From assembly GCA_030550025.1 (NCBI GenBank), contig JAUQQC010000002.1, forward strand, positions 326,058 to 390,057: DNA of 64,000 nucleotides, in the 5' to 3' direction. Shown here in pieces: positions 13,529-22,557 of this stretch. A program made the translations under genes and the position numbers. Source of the stretch: Acidobacteriota bacterium (lineage in GTDB: Bacteria; Acidobacteriota; Blastocatellia; HR10). The notes under the pieces are model-generated. The model had not been told where the DNA came from and made no database searches. It saw only the letters and a program-made list of their open reading frames with translations. How positions within the stretch are numbered: position 1 is the first letter of the stretch; every line of letters starts with the position of its first letter.

Positions 13529-13582
13529 TCTGTGGGGGAAGATTTGTTACCTTAGCGCGTGTCTTCTGCGGTAGGGGAGGCT

Positions 13583-13915
13583 ATGAACATGGAAGGGCAC
13601 GAGCTGATCGAAAGCGCACCATCGCCGAAGAAGAAGACGTTGACGAAAGCGGATCTCATCGAGGAGGTCGCTCGCGCGACCGAACTCGCGCGAAAGGACT
13701 CGCAGGTCATCGTCGAGACGGTCTTGGAGAGCTTGGTTAGCGCACTGAAGCGGGGCGAGGGGATCGAGTTGCGCGGCTTCGGTTCCTTCCGCTTTCGCGA
13801 GCGCGGCCCTCGGCGCGGGCGAAATCCGAAGACGGGTGAGGTGGTGGATGTCCCTCCCAAGCGCATGCCCTATTTCAAGCCGGGGAAGGAGTTGAAGGAA
13901 TTGATCAATCAGTAA
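13583..13915 (+). CDS. Integration host factor / HU-family DNA-binding protein
   Basis: GFGSFRFRERGPRRGRNPKTGEVVDVPPKR is the HU/IHF arm signature; GGAGG Shine-Dalgarno, start at 13583 or 13589. Confidence 0.8.
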   Translation: MNMEGHELIESAPSPKKKTLTKADLIEEVARATELARKDSQVIVETVLESLVSALKRGEGIELRGFGSFRFRERGPRRGRNPKTGEVVDVPPKRMPYFKPGKELKELINQ

Positions 13916-13917
13916 GG

Positions 13918-14409
13918 ATGGACTTTCTCTGGAGTCCATGGCGATTCCGTTACGTCTCGACGGCCGAGGAGCAAACGCGTTGCGTCTTTTGCGAAGCACC
14001 TCGGTTGAGCGATGAGAAGGCGTTGATCCTGTATCGCGGGCGGGAGAACTTCATCATCCTGAACCTCTATCCCTATACGACCGGCCATTTGATGATCGCG
14101 CCCTATGCGCATTTGGCCTCCTTCGCGGACGCGCCCAAGAGCCTTACTGACGAGATGACCGATTTGGCCAAGTATTGCTGCCGGGTGCTCATGGAAGTCT
14201 ACCGCCCGCATGGCTTGAATCTCGGGATGAATCTGGGGCGGGCGGCCGGAGCGGGCATCGCCGATCATTTCCATCTGCATGTGCTCCCGCGATGGTTCGG
14301 CGACACGAACTTCACGACCGTGATTGCCGAGACCCGCGTCTTGCCCGAGGATTTGGAGACGACCTACCGAAAGCTGCGGCGATATTTCGAGGACGTCCCG
14401 CTTCGCTGA
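13918..14409 (+). CDS. HIT-family (histidine triad) nucleotide hydrolase/transferase
   Basis: HFHLHVLPR HxHxHxx histidine triad; N-terminal CVFC; 163 aa. Confidence 0.85.
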   Translation: MDFLWSPWRFRYVSTAEEQTRCVFCEAPRLSDEKALILYRGRENFIILNLYPYTTGHLMIAPYAHLASFADAPKSLTDEMTDLAKYCCRVLMEVYRPHGLNLGMNLGRAAGAGIADHFHLHVLPRWFGDTNFTTVIAETRVLPEDLETTYRKLRRYFEDVPLR

Positions 14410-14443
14410 GTCCTCGTTCGCCCCATAGGAGGAGTCAAGGGAT

Positions 14444-15478
14444 ATGCGTGCCACCTATGTGATCCTCCTCACTTTGATCTTCGCCGTCGAGGGGCGAGCG
14501 CGTCAAGAGGGGCAAGGGCGACCGGCGCCCAGCCCCGGTGCCACGTTGCATCAGATTCGCGGGCGCGTTTATCTTCCCACAGGCGCGCCCGCCGAGGAGC
14601 GCTTTCGCGTGACGCTGCGCACGTTCGGGCAGAGCATCGTGACCGAGACTTTCACGGATTCGTTAGGGAATTTCGAGTTTCGCGGCGTGCCCAACGGAAC
14701 CTACGAGATCGTCGTGTGGGAGACGGACCGATACGCGACCGAGGTCGAGCGCATCGAGGTCTTCAGCCGTGCTGCGCGCGTCTTTACGCAGAATATCTTC
14801 TTGCGCGAGAAAGAACGCGTGGCTTCCGAACGACCGGCTGCCGGAACGGTCTCCGTGGTGCGCCTGACCGAAGCGATCCCGAAAGAGGCGCGGAAGGAGT
14901 ACGAAAAGGGGGCCAAAGAATCGCGAAAGGGGAATGCGCAAAAAGCGATCGCGCATTTCCAACGGGCGCTCGCGCTTCATCCCCGCTACGTCCAAGCGCT
15001 CAATGATCTTGGCGTCCAGTATCTCCGTTTGAACGATCTCGCCCAAGCGCGCGCGGTGTTTCAACAAGCCATCGAGGTGGATCCTCAGGCCTCGCATCCG
15101 TATGTGAATCTCGGATTCCTCTGCCTGCTTCAGCGGGAATATGAAGCGGCGCTGGCGCATCTGCAGCGGGCCGTGACGCTCGATCCGGCCAATTGGTCCG
15201 CGCGCATGCTGCATGGGATCGCGCTCATACAGACGGGCGATCTTCAGCGCGCGGAGAGCGAGCTACAGAAGGCGTTGTCGCTCGGTCCTCCGCCGACCGT
15301 CTCGATCGTGCGCTTGCATCTGGCAAACCTCTTCCTGCGGCGCGGGGAGTACGCGCGCGCGTTGGAGCAATCGGAGAAGTATCTCGAAGAGGTCCCGAAC
15401 GCGACCAACGCCGCCGAGGTTCGCGAACGGGTGAAGAAGTTGCGAGAGCTCGTGCGCGCGCAGAACCGTCAGCCTTGA
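14444..15478 (+). CDS. Secreted protein with carboxypeptidase-regulatory-like beta-sandwich domain plus TPR repeats
   Basis: AGGAGG Shine-Dalgarno; signal peptide; GRVYLP...GNFEFRGVPNGTYEIVV CarboxypepD_reg-like; several TPR-like helices (AIAHFQRALALHPRY...). Confidence 0.8.
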   Translation: MRATYVILLTLIFAVEGRARQEGQGRPAPSPGATLHQIRGRVYLPTGAPAEERFRVTLRTFGQSIVTETFTDSLGNFEFRGVPNGTYEIVVWETDRYATEVERIEVFSRAARVFTQNIFLREKERVASERPAAGTVSVVRLTEAIPKEARKEYEKGAKESRKGNAQKAIAHFQRALALHPRYVQALNDLGVQYLRLNDLAQARAVFQQAIEVDPQASHPYVNLGFLCLLQREYEAALAHLQRAVTLDPANWSARMLHGIALIQTGDLQRAESELQKALSLGPPPTVSIVRLHLANLFLRRGEYARALEQSEKYLEEVPNATNAAEVRERVKKLRELVRAQNRQP

Positions 15479-15499
15479 GCGGCTCAGGAAGCCGTCGGC

Positions 15500-16060
15500 T
15501 TAGGAGAGGTGCCTTCGACGGCGAGAGGTCTCCGCTTGCTGGCGAAGAATCCGACGAATGCGTTCGTGCATCTCGGAGACGAAGGGATCGTCTGGGGCGA
15601 GACGCCGCAGTTGGTTGAGGTAATAGAGCGCGTTCTCGTTCTCCGGTGCGACGTAATCTCCACGCCGAATGGCTTCTTCGACCAGGAGCTTGAGTTGGCG
15701 GATGCGTTCCCGCCGATCGCCGGAAGCGTCCAGGGGAATCACCGGTTCGAGCGAAAAATCGTAACTCGCTTCCGGCTCCGAGGGGTCGGCGAAGATTTCG
15801 CGCTCGATCGGTTTATATCCCTCCTTTTGGATGACGACACGGTGGGTCCCCGCCGTCAATTCGACCACCAGGGGCGTATGGCCGATCCATCGGCCATCAA
15901 TGAGGACGGTCGCTTTCGGGGGATCGGTCGCAATGCTCACCACGCCCGAGGCGCGCTCGCGCGTCACCAGGAGGATGGCCGTCGCGCTGAGAAACATGGC
16001 CAGCGACGCGATCGCCACTGCGCGCCATCGCATTCGCCAGGTCGTCTCCTTCTGGCCCAT
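15500..16060 (-). CDS. PEGA-domain membrane-anchored protein
   Basis: N-terminal TM anchor; PEGA-like stretch TDPPKATVLIDGRWIGHTPLVVELTAGTHRVVIQKEGYKP. Confidence 0.75.
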   Translation of the reverse strand: MGQKETTWRMRWRAVAIASLAMFLSATAILLVTRERASGVVSIATDPPKATVLIDGRWIGHTPLVVELTAGTHRVVIQKEGYKPIEREIFADPSEPEASYDFSLEPVIPLDASGDRRERIRQLKLLVEEAIRRGDYVAPENENALYYLNQLRRLAPDDPFVSEMHERIRRILRQQAETSRRRRHLS

Positions 16061-16142
16061 AGCGCTTCGTCGAGCATGGAAAATATATCGAATCGGCTGC
16101 CCCAGGACAAGTCGCGCCTTCCAGAAGAAGGCATCCGACGGC

Positions 16143-16748
16143 TCACTCTTGAAGAAGTCGCATGATCGTGCGCCGCAGCCGTCGGGCGTCGGTCAGAGGA
16201 TTATATCCCACCAAATGCTCGCGGAGCCTCCCCTTTCGATCGAAGAGGAAAGTTTGCGGGATGGGATGTTCGCCCGGCCCGACGAAGGCTTCAAACATGC
16301 CCTCGGGGGCGAAGCCGATCGTGTAGTTCACGCCGAGTTCTCGGACGAATTGTTGGACCTGCTGGACGTCCTGCTCCGGGTCTTCAATCGTGAGTCCGAG
16401 GATCTCCAATCCGCGATCGCCGTGCGCGTTCTTCAGTTCGATCAAGAGCGGGATCTCTTCGCGGCAAGGGGGGCACCAGGTCGCCCAGAAATCCATGATG
16501 AGGACCTTGCCGCGAAAATCCGAGAGGGTGATCTCACGGCCTTCGAGCGTGCGGATGCGGAAGTCGGGGGCGCGCTGATGGCCGTTGGGCGCCCACGGCA
16601 GCCCATCAATGGCCGCCGTCGAAGGTCGCGCGCCGCTTCGAAAGAAGATCGCGTATACGGCCCAGGCCGCCACCATCCCGGCGATCACCACAAGAGCCGT
16701 CAGGCGCGCCGAAGCCGAGCGTTCCGGTGTCGTCTCAGCGGTCGCCAT
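16143..16748 (-). CDS. TlpA/ResA-family thiol-disulfide oxidoreductase (thioredoxin fold)
   Basis: TM anchor then [14 protein letters not shown] CxxC thioredoxin motif. Confidence 0.9.
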   Translation of the reverse strand: MATAETTPERSASARLTALVVIAGMVAAWAVYAIFFRSGARPSTAAIDGLPWAPNGHQRAPDFRIRTLEGREITLSDFRGKVLIMDFWATWCPPCREEIPLLIELKNAHGDRGLEILGLTIEDPEQDVQQVQQFVRELGVNYTIGFAPEGMFEAFVGPGEHPIPQTFLFDRKGRLREHLVGYNPLTDARRLRRTIMRLLQE

Positions 16749-16938
16749 GTTCGTCCTCGCCTTCAGCCGATTCCGTTTGTTCTCTCACGGCGACGCCGAC
16801 CGATGGGCCAGCGATCCGGTAAGCCTCCGACGCCCACATCCCCAGGTCCACGAGCTTACACCGCTCCGAGCAGAACGGACGGAACGGATTCGATTCCCAG
16901 GGGACGCGCTTTCCGCAACGTGGGCATTTGACCATCAT
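16735..16938 (-). CDS. yacG: DNA gyrase inhibitor YacG (zinc-binding)
   Basis: [33 protein letters not shown] matches the YacG signature; track ORF extends to 16959 (MCNTDPRM-). Confidence 0.8.
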   Translation of the reverse strand: MMVKCPRCGKRVPWESNPFRPFCSERCKLVDLGMWASEAYRIAGPSVGVAVREQTESAEGEDEHGDR

Positions 16939-17061
16939 ACGGGGATCAGTGTTGCACAAAACCGCTCAGGCGTCAACGTACGAGAGCACAGGTTGCAGCG
17001 CGCGAGACTCTCTGATACACTGGTTTTCCTCGCACTTCGAGGCTCAGGAGGCTGATGGGAG

Positions 17062-17460
17062 ATGCCGGAGACGATTCCGAACGAGTATCTCGACCTCTTC
17101 CAAAAGCGCGCGTTCGCCGTCTTGGCGACGCTCATGCCCGATGGCTCCCCGCAGGTGACGCCGGTGTGGTGCGATTTCGATGGGGCGCACGTGCTCGTGA
17201 ATTCGGCGCGCGGCCGCGTGAAGGATCGGAACATGCGGCGCGATCCGCGCGTCGCGCTTGTGATTTTGGATCCGGACAATCCGTATCGCTACGTGGAGAT
17301 TCGCGGGCGCGTCGTCGAGATCACTGAAGAGGGGGCAGACGCCCACATTGATCGGTTAGCGAAGAAGTATCTGGGCGTGGAGACTTATCCCTATCGTCAG
17401 CCGGGGGAGGTTCGCGTCCTCTACAGGATTCTCCCGGAACGCGTCTCCGGGTTACGGTGA
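17062..17460 (+). CDS. PPOX-class (pyridoxamine 5'-phosphate oxidase-like) F420/FMN-binding protein
   Basis: 132 aa; split-barrel PNPOx-like motifs (FAVLATLMPDGSPQVTPVW...DPRVALVILD). Confidence 0.8.
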   Translation: MPETIPNEYLDLFQKRAFAVLATLMPDGSPQVTPVWCDFDGAHVLVNSARGRVKDRNMRRDPRVALVILDPDNPYRYVEIRGRVVEITEEGADAHIDRLAKKYLGVETYPYRQPGEVRVLYRILPERVSGLR

Positions 17461-17533
17461 AGAGGCTTCGAAGCGGTGCGCAACACGGGCACCGCATTCG
17501 TGAGGACCTGGCGCGAGCGCGACGAAGACGGAT

Positions 17534-17562
17534 TTGCCAGCGCGCCCGCGTTGGTTTATAAT
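17534..17562 (+). promoter_or_regulatory. Near-consensus sigma70-type promoter (TTGCCA-N17-TATAAT) upstream of the Cys-rich ORF
   Basis: TTGCCA at ~17534-17539, 17-nt spacer, TATAAT at ~17557-17562; about 80-nt leader with inverted repeat GACGCC...GGCGTC before ATG 17648. Confidence 0.5.
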
Positions 17563-17647
17563 GACGCCTGACGTTGCTCGTGGTGTCCAGTCGAAGGGCT
17601 GGGCGTCCCTGAGTCCAACATCCCGGGTGAGAGCCAAAGGAGCGCGT

Positions 17648-18037
17648 ATGAGCGAAAAGTACAGGCATCTGGAAGACGAATGGCGGCAGGCCGCTCGACG
17701 CTCGCGGGATTTCCCGAAACCGAATCTGCTGACCGTTCGCGAGGTCTTTCGCTGTGCGATCTGTGGAGCCGTTGTCCCGGCGGAGATTGGCATCCCGGTG
17801 GATGGTGAGTGTCCGAAGTGTCATGCCGATCTGCACACGTGTAAGAATTGTCTTCACTTCGATCCGCGAAGTCGGTTCGAGTGCACGGAGCCGATCCCCG
17901 CGCGCATCCCGCGAAAGGATGTGCGGAACGAGTGCGAGTTCTTCGAGCCGCGCAAGGTTGTGGAGCGGGAGACGACCACGTCGCCCATGCCGAGTCAAGA
18001 TCCGCGCGCGGCCTTCGATCGGTTGTTCAAGAAGTGA
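17648..18037 (+). CDS. Hypothetical Cys-rich zinc-ribbon protein (129 aa)
   Basis: AGGAG Shine-Dalgarno before ATG 17648 (track ORF 17534 N-extension rejected); CAICG...CPKCH...CKNC...C...C pattern. Confidence 0.65.
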   Translation: MSEKYRHLEDEWRQAARRSRDFPKPNLLTVREVFRCAICGAVVPAEIGIPVDGECPKCHADLHTCKNCLHFDPRSRFECTEPIPARIPRKDVRNECEFFEPRKVVERETTTSPMPSQDPRAAFDRLFKK

Positions 18038-18154
18038 GCGTCTGTTCCCACGAGGGCTTGGGTGTCCCGTCCTGGCGTTGAGGGAATATCGTTCCAATCC
18101 CCAAGGCGGCCCCTATGAGCGAAGGCTCCCAGCCGAGGCGTGAGGAGGGGAGCG

Positions 18155-18820
18155 ATGCGCGTTCTGATCGTCGAAGACGAACGGAAGATGGCCGAGGTGC
18201 TCCGGCGCGGTCTGGAGGAAGAGGGGTACGTCGTGGAGCTCGCTGTGGATGGGGAAGAAGGTCTGCAGCTGGGGAGCGAGCGGGGGTACGATCTCATCAT
18301 CCTCGACCTTCGCCTTCCCAAGCGCGATGGGATCGAAGTCTGTCGCGAGCTGCGCCGGCGTGGTGTGCTGACGCCCATCCTCGTGCTGACGGTCCGCGAT
18401 GCCGTCGCGGTGAAGGTCGAGGCCTTCGACGGTGGAGCCGATGATTATCTCACCAAGCCGTTCGCCTTTGCGGAATTGCTGGCGCGCGCGCGAGCGCTCG
18501 TGCGGCGCCGTCAGCAGGTGGACCTGCGGTTGCGCGTCGGCGATCTGGTCCTCGATCCCGTGACGCGGCGCGTCACGCGCGCCGGTCGTGCGATCGCCCT
18601 GACGCCCAAGGAGTTCGCCCTGCTCGAATGCCTCATGCGTCATCCGAACGAGGTGCTGACGCGCGCCCGGCTGGTGGAGGAGGCTTGGGGAGAGCGCTTC
18701 GACGCACTGACCAATATCGTGGACGTGTACATCAATGCCTTGCGGAAGAAGCTCGATCGCGCCTTCTCGCGCCCCCTCATTCACACGGTTCGCGGCGTCG
18801 GATACGTGCTGCGCCCGTAG
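18155..18820 (+). CDS. OmpR/PhoB-family response regulator (receiver plus winged-helix); no cognate kinase nearby
   Basis: MRVLIVEDE...DLIILDLRLP receiver with Asp pocket; C-terminal LTPKEFALLECLMRHP...VRGVGYVLRP wHTH; GGAGG Shine-Dalgarno; track start 18140 is a GTG. Confidence 0.92.
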   Translation: MRVLIVEDERKMAEVLRRGLEEEGYVVELAVDGEEGLQLGSERGYDLIILDLRLPKRDGIEVCRELRRRGVLTPILVLTVRDAVAVKVEAFDGGADDYLTKPFAFAELLARARALVRRRQQVDLRLRVGDLVLDPVTRRVTRAGRAIALTPKEFALLECLMRHPNEVLTRARLVEEAWGERFDALTNIVDVYINALRKKLDRAFSRPLIHTVRGVGYVLRP

Positions 18821-18822
18821 CG

Positions 18823-20019
18823 TCAGAGGAGCGTCAGGATGGGCACGACCTCCGTCTGAATCGGGCGAGCCGTCACGATCACATCGTCGTCCCCCACGTA
18901 GACATCCACCTCGCTGCGCACGCCGAATTCCCCTTCCAGATAAACGCCGGGCTCGATGGAGAAGCACGTGTGCGGAAGGATGCGGCGCTCGTCGCGGGTC
19001 TCCAAGTTATCGAGGTTGGCGCCGTTGCCGTGCACGTCCTCGCCGATGGAATGGCCGGTGCGATGGATGAAGAAGTCGCCCAACCCGGCACGGCGGATTA
19101 CCTCGCGGGCGACCTCATCCACTTCCCATCCCCGAATCGGGCGTTGTGCGCGCACGGCCTCGCGCACGAACTCGATGGCGCGATCGCGCGCTTCGCGCAC
19201 AACGCTGAAGACGCGCGCGTAGCGATCGGGCACGACATCGCCGACGAATCCCGTCCACGTGATGTCCACGTAGACGGCGTGGGGAACATCGCGCAGCTTC
19301 GCCCAGAGATCAATGAGCACGAAGGTCCCTTCTCGGATCGGCCAGGCTGAGTCCGGCGTCGGGCTGTAGTGCGGATTCGCCGAGTGCGCATCCGCGGCGA
19401 CGATCGGAGGATGGTCGGCCACCAGTCCTTCGCGCTCGAAACACTGGAGGATGAACTGCTGAATCTGGTACTCATCGGAAGCGCGCCCGGAGACGATGCG
19501 CCGCGCGATCTCGGCGAACGTCTCGTCCACGATCCGGCGCATCTTCGGCTCTGCAAGGAGGTGCGTCTGCAGCTGCTCCTCGCTCCAGACGGCCTCGAAC
19601 TGTTGCACGAGGTCGGCCGAGGAGACGATCTCAATGCCGAAGCGGCGGAGAAGCTCCACGGTCCCGGCATCCACGCGCGAGATGTAAGGGATAGCATTGT
19701 CCGGGGAGTATTGCATGGCAAGGCGTCGGCATCCGCGCAGGATTCGGTGCAGATGTTCATGGAGCTGAGACCACGGCAGATAGATGAGCTTCGTTCCGGG
19801 GAGCGAGTCGAGCTGCTCCGATTCGATGATGTGGACGATCTTGACGGGCTCGCCTTCTGCCGGGATGAAGTAGAACCAGCGGCGTGTCCCCAAGCGGTTC
19901 TCGTCGAGCTTCAAAATGCGATAGGCCAGCGGGTCCGATTTGCGGAAGTCGTAGAAGAGCCATCCGTCCACGCCAGCCTCCTTCAGCGCCGTCTGAATGC
20001 GGGCGATCAAGTCGTCCAT
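18823..20019 (-). CDS. M24-family metallopeptidase (Xaa-Pro aminopeptidase / creatinase-like)
   Basis: Pita-bread fold metal ligands HRTGHSIGEDVHG, FSIEPGVY, VLIDLWA. Confidence 0.9.
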   Translation of the reverse strand: MDDLIARIQTALKEAGVDGWLFYDFRKSDPLAYRILKLDENRLGTRRWFYFIPAEGEPVKIVHIIESEQLDSLPGTKLIYLPWSQLHEHLHRILRGCRRLAMQYSPDNAIPYISRVDAGTVELLRRFGIEIVSSADLVQQFEAVWSEEQLQTHLLAEPKMRRIVDETFAEIARRIVSGRASDEYQIQQFILQCFEREGLVADHPPIVAADAHSANPHYSPTPDSAWPIREGTFVLIDLWAKLRDVPHAVYVDITWTGFVGDVVPDRYARVFSVVREARDRAIEFVREAVRAQRPIRGWEVDEVAREVIRRAGLGDFFIHRTGHSIGEDVHGNGANLDNLETRDERRILPHTCFSIEPGVYLEGEFGVRSEVDVYVGDDDVIVTARPIQTEVVPILTLL

Positions 20020-20116
20020 AGGTCTTCTCCAAAGATGAAGAGCTTAGCAAAATGCGCGCTCGCGCGCGAGACATCGGCTCATGGGAACGTCGCTCTCGCG
20101 AGCGCAACGCACCGAG

Positions 20117-20824
20117 TTAGACTTTCCCCATCTCGTGGGCGTACGCGCAGTATTGGATGAGGCAACAGGCTTCGCACCGAGGGGTTCTCGGGCGGCAGAC
20201 GTCGCGTCCGAGGCGGATCAAGTTGAGGTGCGCGGCGTAGCTATGGCGGGCAGGGATGAGACGGCCAAGCTGCTGGTGCGCGCGTTCGTCGGAGCAGCGT
20301 TGAGGGATCAACCCGAGCCGTGCCGCCACGCGGCGAATGTGCGTGTCCACGGGGAAGACCGGGTGCCCGCAGGCGAAGAGCAAGACGCAGGCCGCCGTCT
20401 TCGGGCCGACGCCGTCGAGCGAACGCAGGAAGCCGAGCGCTTCCTCAAGCGGCACCCGACAGAGGAAAGAGAGGTCAAGCGCGCCCGTGCGTCGCTCGAT
20501 CTCCTGGAGGATGCGTTTGATGCGCACCGACTTAATCCGCGCCAAGCCACCGACGCGAATTGCCGCCGCGATCTCCCGCGTGGAGGCGCGCCGCACGGCA
20601 TCCCACGTCGGGAAGCGCGCCTTCAGGCGAGCGAACGCGCGATCCCGATTCCGATCGTTCGTGGATTGAGAGAGGATGGTTTCGATCAACGTGTCCAAGG
20701 GATCGCGATCGCGGCGAAGCCGTGGCACACCGTAGGTCGCCGCCAGGTGCTCGAGGATGTGTCGGATGAGTTCTCGGGTCTCCGCTGAGACGGAAGCCAG
20801 GGCCTTCGTCGAACGCTCGCTCAT
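20117..20824 (-). CDS. nth: Endonuclease III (HhH-GPD base-excision glycosylase with 4Fe-4S cluster)
   Basis: LRSLDGVGPKTAACVLLFA HhH-GPD motif; C-terminal CRPRTPRCEACCLIQYC FeS-cluster loop. Confidence 0.92.
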   Translation of the reverse strand: MSERSTKALASVSAETRELIRHILEHLAATYGVPRLRRDRDPLDTLIETILSQSTNDRNRDRAFARLKARFPTWDAVRRASTREIAAAIRVGGLARIKSVRIKRILQEIERRTGALDLSFLCRVPLEEALGFLRSLDGVGPKTAACVLLFACGHPVFPVDTHIRRVAARLGLIPQRCSDERAHQQLGRLIPARHSYAAHLNLIRLGRDVCRPRTPRCEACCLIQYCAYAHEMGKV

Positions 20825-21981
20825 CGTCGTGCCTCCGATGTTCGGGCGAGGACTTCGCGGTAATAGGCTTCGTACATGGGAATGATGCGCTCGCTGGAGA
20901 ACTGGGCGAGGGCGCGCTCGCGCGCCCGCCGGCCCATCTCGCGGCGCAGGGCATCATCTTGCAGCAGGCGGATGGCGGCTTCGGCCATCGCCGCGAGGTC
21001 TCCGCACGGGAGCAAGAACCCAGTCACCCCATCTTCAACGACTTCGGGCACGCCACCGGTGCGGCTGGCGATGACGGGGACTTCGCAAGCCATCGCTTCG
21101 AGCGCGGCCAGTCCGAACGCCTCCATCTCGCTCGGCAGCAGCAGCAGATCGGCGATCGAGAGGAAGTCGACGATGTTGGGTTGTTTCCCCACACAATGGA
21201 CGCGCCCGGTGAGCCCGTAGCGCTCGACGAGCCATTCGACGCGCGCGCGATCCGGTCCGTCGCCGATCATGAGGAGGCAAGCGGGGACGCGCTCGAGCAC
21301 GCGGGCGAAGATCTCCACGCAATCGGGGGCCCGTTTGATCGGGCGGAAGTTGGAGATGTGCACGAGGACCTTCTCTCCCGAAGGTGCGAAACGCTCGCGC
21401 AGCTCCGGGCGCGGCCGACGCGCGTATTCCTCGCCGTTGATGAAGTTCGGGATGACCTGAATCTCGCAGATCCCGAAGGTTTCGCAGGTCGTCCGGCGCA
21501 GATAGTGCGAGACGGCCGTGACGCCATCGCTTTGCGCGATGCCGAAGCGCGTGATCGGCAAGTAGGAGCGATCGCGCCCGACGAGTGTGATGTCCGTCCC
21601 ATGCAGCGTGGTGATCACTGGCAGATACCGATGGGGGCGGAGCATCTCACGCGCCAGGTAGGCGCTGATGGCGTGGGGGATGGCGTAGTGGACGTGCAAG
21701 AGGTCCAACCCGTATTCACACGCGACGCGGAACTGCTTGGTGGCCAGCGCCATGTCGTAAGGGAGATACTCAAAGAGCGGATAATCGAGCATCTCGACCT
21801 CGTGAAAGAAGAGGCGCTCGGAAAGCTCGGTGAGTCGCGTCGGCAAAGCGGCCGCGATGAAATGGACCGTGTGGCCACGTCGCGCCAGCTCCTTCCCTAA
21901 TTCGGAGGCGACGATGCCGCTGCCGCCGTAGGTGGGATAGCACGTGATCCCGATCTTCAACGGGCGCATCGTGAGAGCCAT
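20821..21981 (-). CDS. bshA: N-acetyl-alpha-D-glucosaminyl L-malate synthase BshA (GT4 glycosyltransferase, bacillithiol biosynthesis)
   Basis: LKIGITCYPTYGGSGIVASELGKELARRGHTVHFI, LLHVHYAIPHA, VITTLHGTDITLVG, HISNFRPIKR, LEAMACEVPVIASRTGGVPEVVEDGVTGFL track the BshA family closely. Confidence 0.88.
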   Translation of the reverse strand: MALTMRPLKIGITCYPTYGGSGIVASELGKELARRGHTVHFIAAALPTRLTELSERLFFHEVEMLDYPLFEYLPYDMALATKQFRVACEYGLDLLHVHYAIPHAISAYLAREMLRPHRYLPVITTLHGTDITLVGRDRSYLPITRFGIAQSDGVTAVSHYLRRTTCETFGICEIQVIPNFINGEEYARRPRPELRERFAPSGEKVLVHISNFRPIKRAPDCVEIFARVLERVPACLLMIGDGPDRARVEWLVERYGLTGRVHCVGKQPNIVDFLSIADLLLLPSEMEAFGLAALEAMACEVPVIASRTGGVPEVVEDGVTGFLLPCGDLAAMAEAAIRLLQDDALRREMGRRARERALAQFSSERIIPMYEAYYREVLARTSEARR

Positions 21982-22012
21982 CGTCGTTTGGGGAGGCCGA
22001 TCCGAGGACGTC

Positions 22013-22450
22013 TCAGCTCATGTACTCCTCGAACTCCTCCAGGAGCATGAGCCCGTTCTCTTGCGGGTCATCCACGACGCCATGCGTCAAGCGGGCTAGC
22101 GCCGCGATGACCTTCAGATGGAAATCGGTCGGCTGCCCATACTCATCGGCCTCCGCTTCGATCTTGAACTTCCGGGCTGCCTTCCTCACTTGAAGGGGCA
22201 AGGATTCATATGTCTGCCGCAACTCTTCGATCTCTTCGGCCGAAGGATGGGCGACCGTGATGGTGCAGACTTCGCGCCCACGCTCAGTCTCGGCCTCGAC
22301 TTCGAGGGCCGTCCAATGAGTGGCGTTCGGAGCCTCGCCGCCGCGCAGTTGCACGCGGCAGGGATACCCGCTCTCTTTGAGCTGGGCGATTACCTCCGAG
22401 ACCGAGGGGAGACGAGTCCGATCCGTCCAGACGAAGTATTCACACCTCAT
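22013..22450 (-). CDS. Hypothetical protein (145 aa)
   Basis: ORF with typical codon usage between bshA and the mqn genes; no motif recognised. Confidence 0.5.
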   Translation of the reverse strand: MRCEYFVWTDRTRLPSVSEVIAQLKESGYPCRVQLRGGEAPNATHWTALEVEAETERGREVCTITVAHPSAEEIEELRQTYESLPLQVRKAARKFKIEAEADEYGQPTDFHLKVIAALARLTHGVVDDPQENGLMLLEEFEEYMS

Positions 22451-22557
22451 GGTCCACTCGCCTCTTCTCCATGTCCGTTCTGTCGTTCACCGCGCCGTAT
22501 GCGGAGGCATTGTAGGCGAGAGTCCTCCATTTGGCAACGGGGCGATTTCGCCTTCGT

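Noticed and set aside
16880-16905. TCGAATCC-containing stretch that could be a tRNA T-arm
   Set aside because: It lies within the yacG coding sequence (encodes WESNPFRPF) and has no acceptor or anticodon structure. No tRNA, rRNA or CRISPR repeats were found anywhere in the window.
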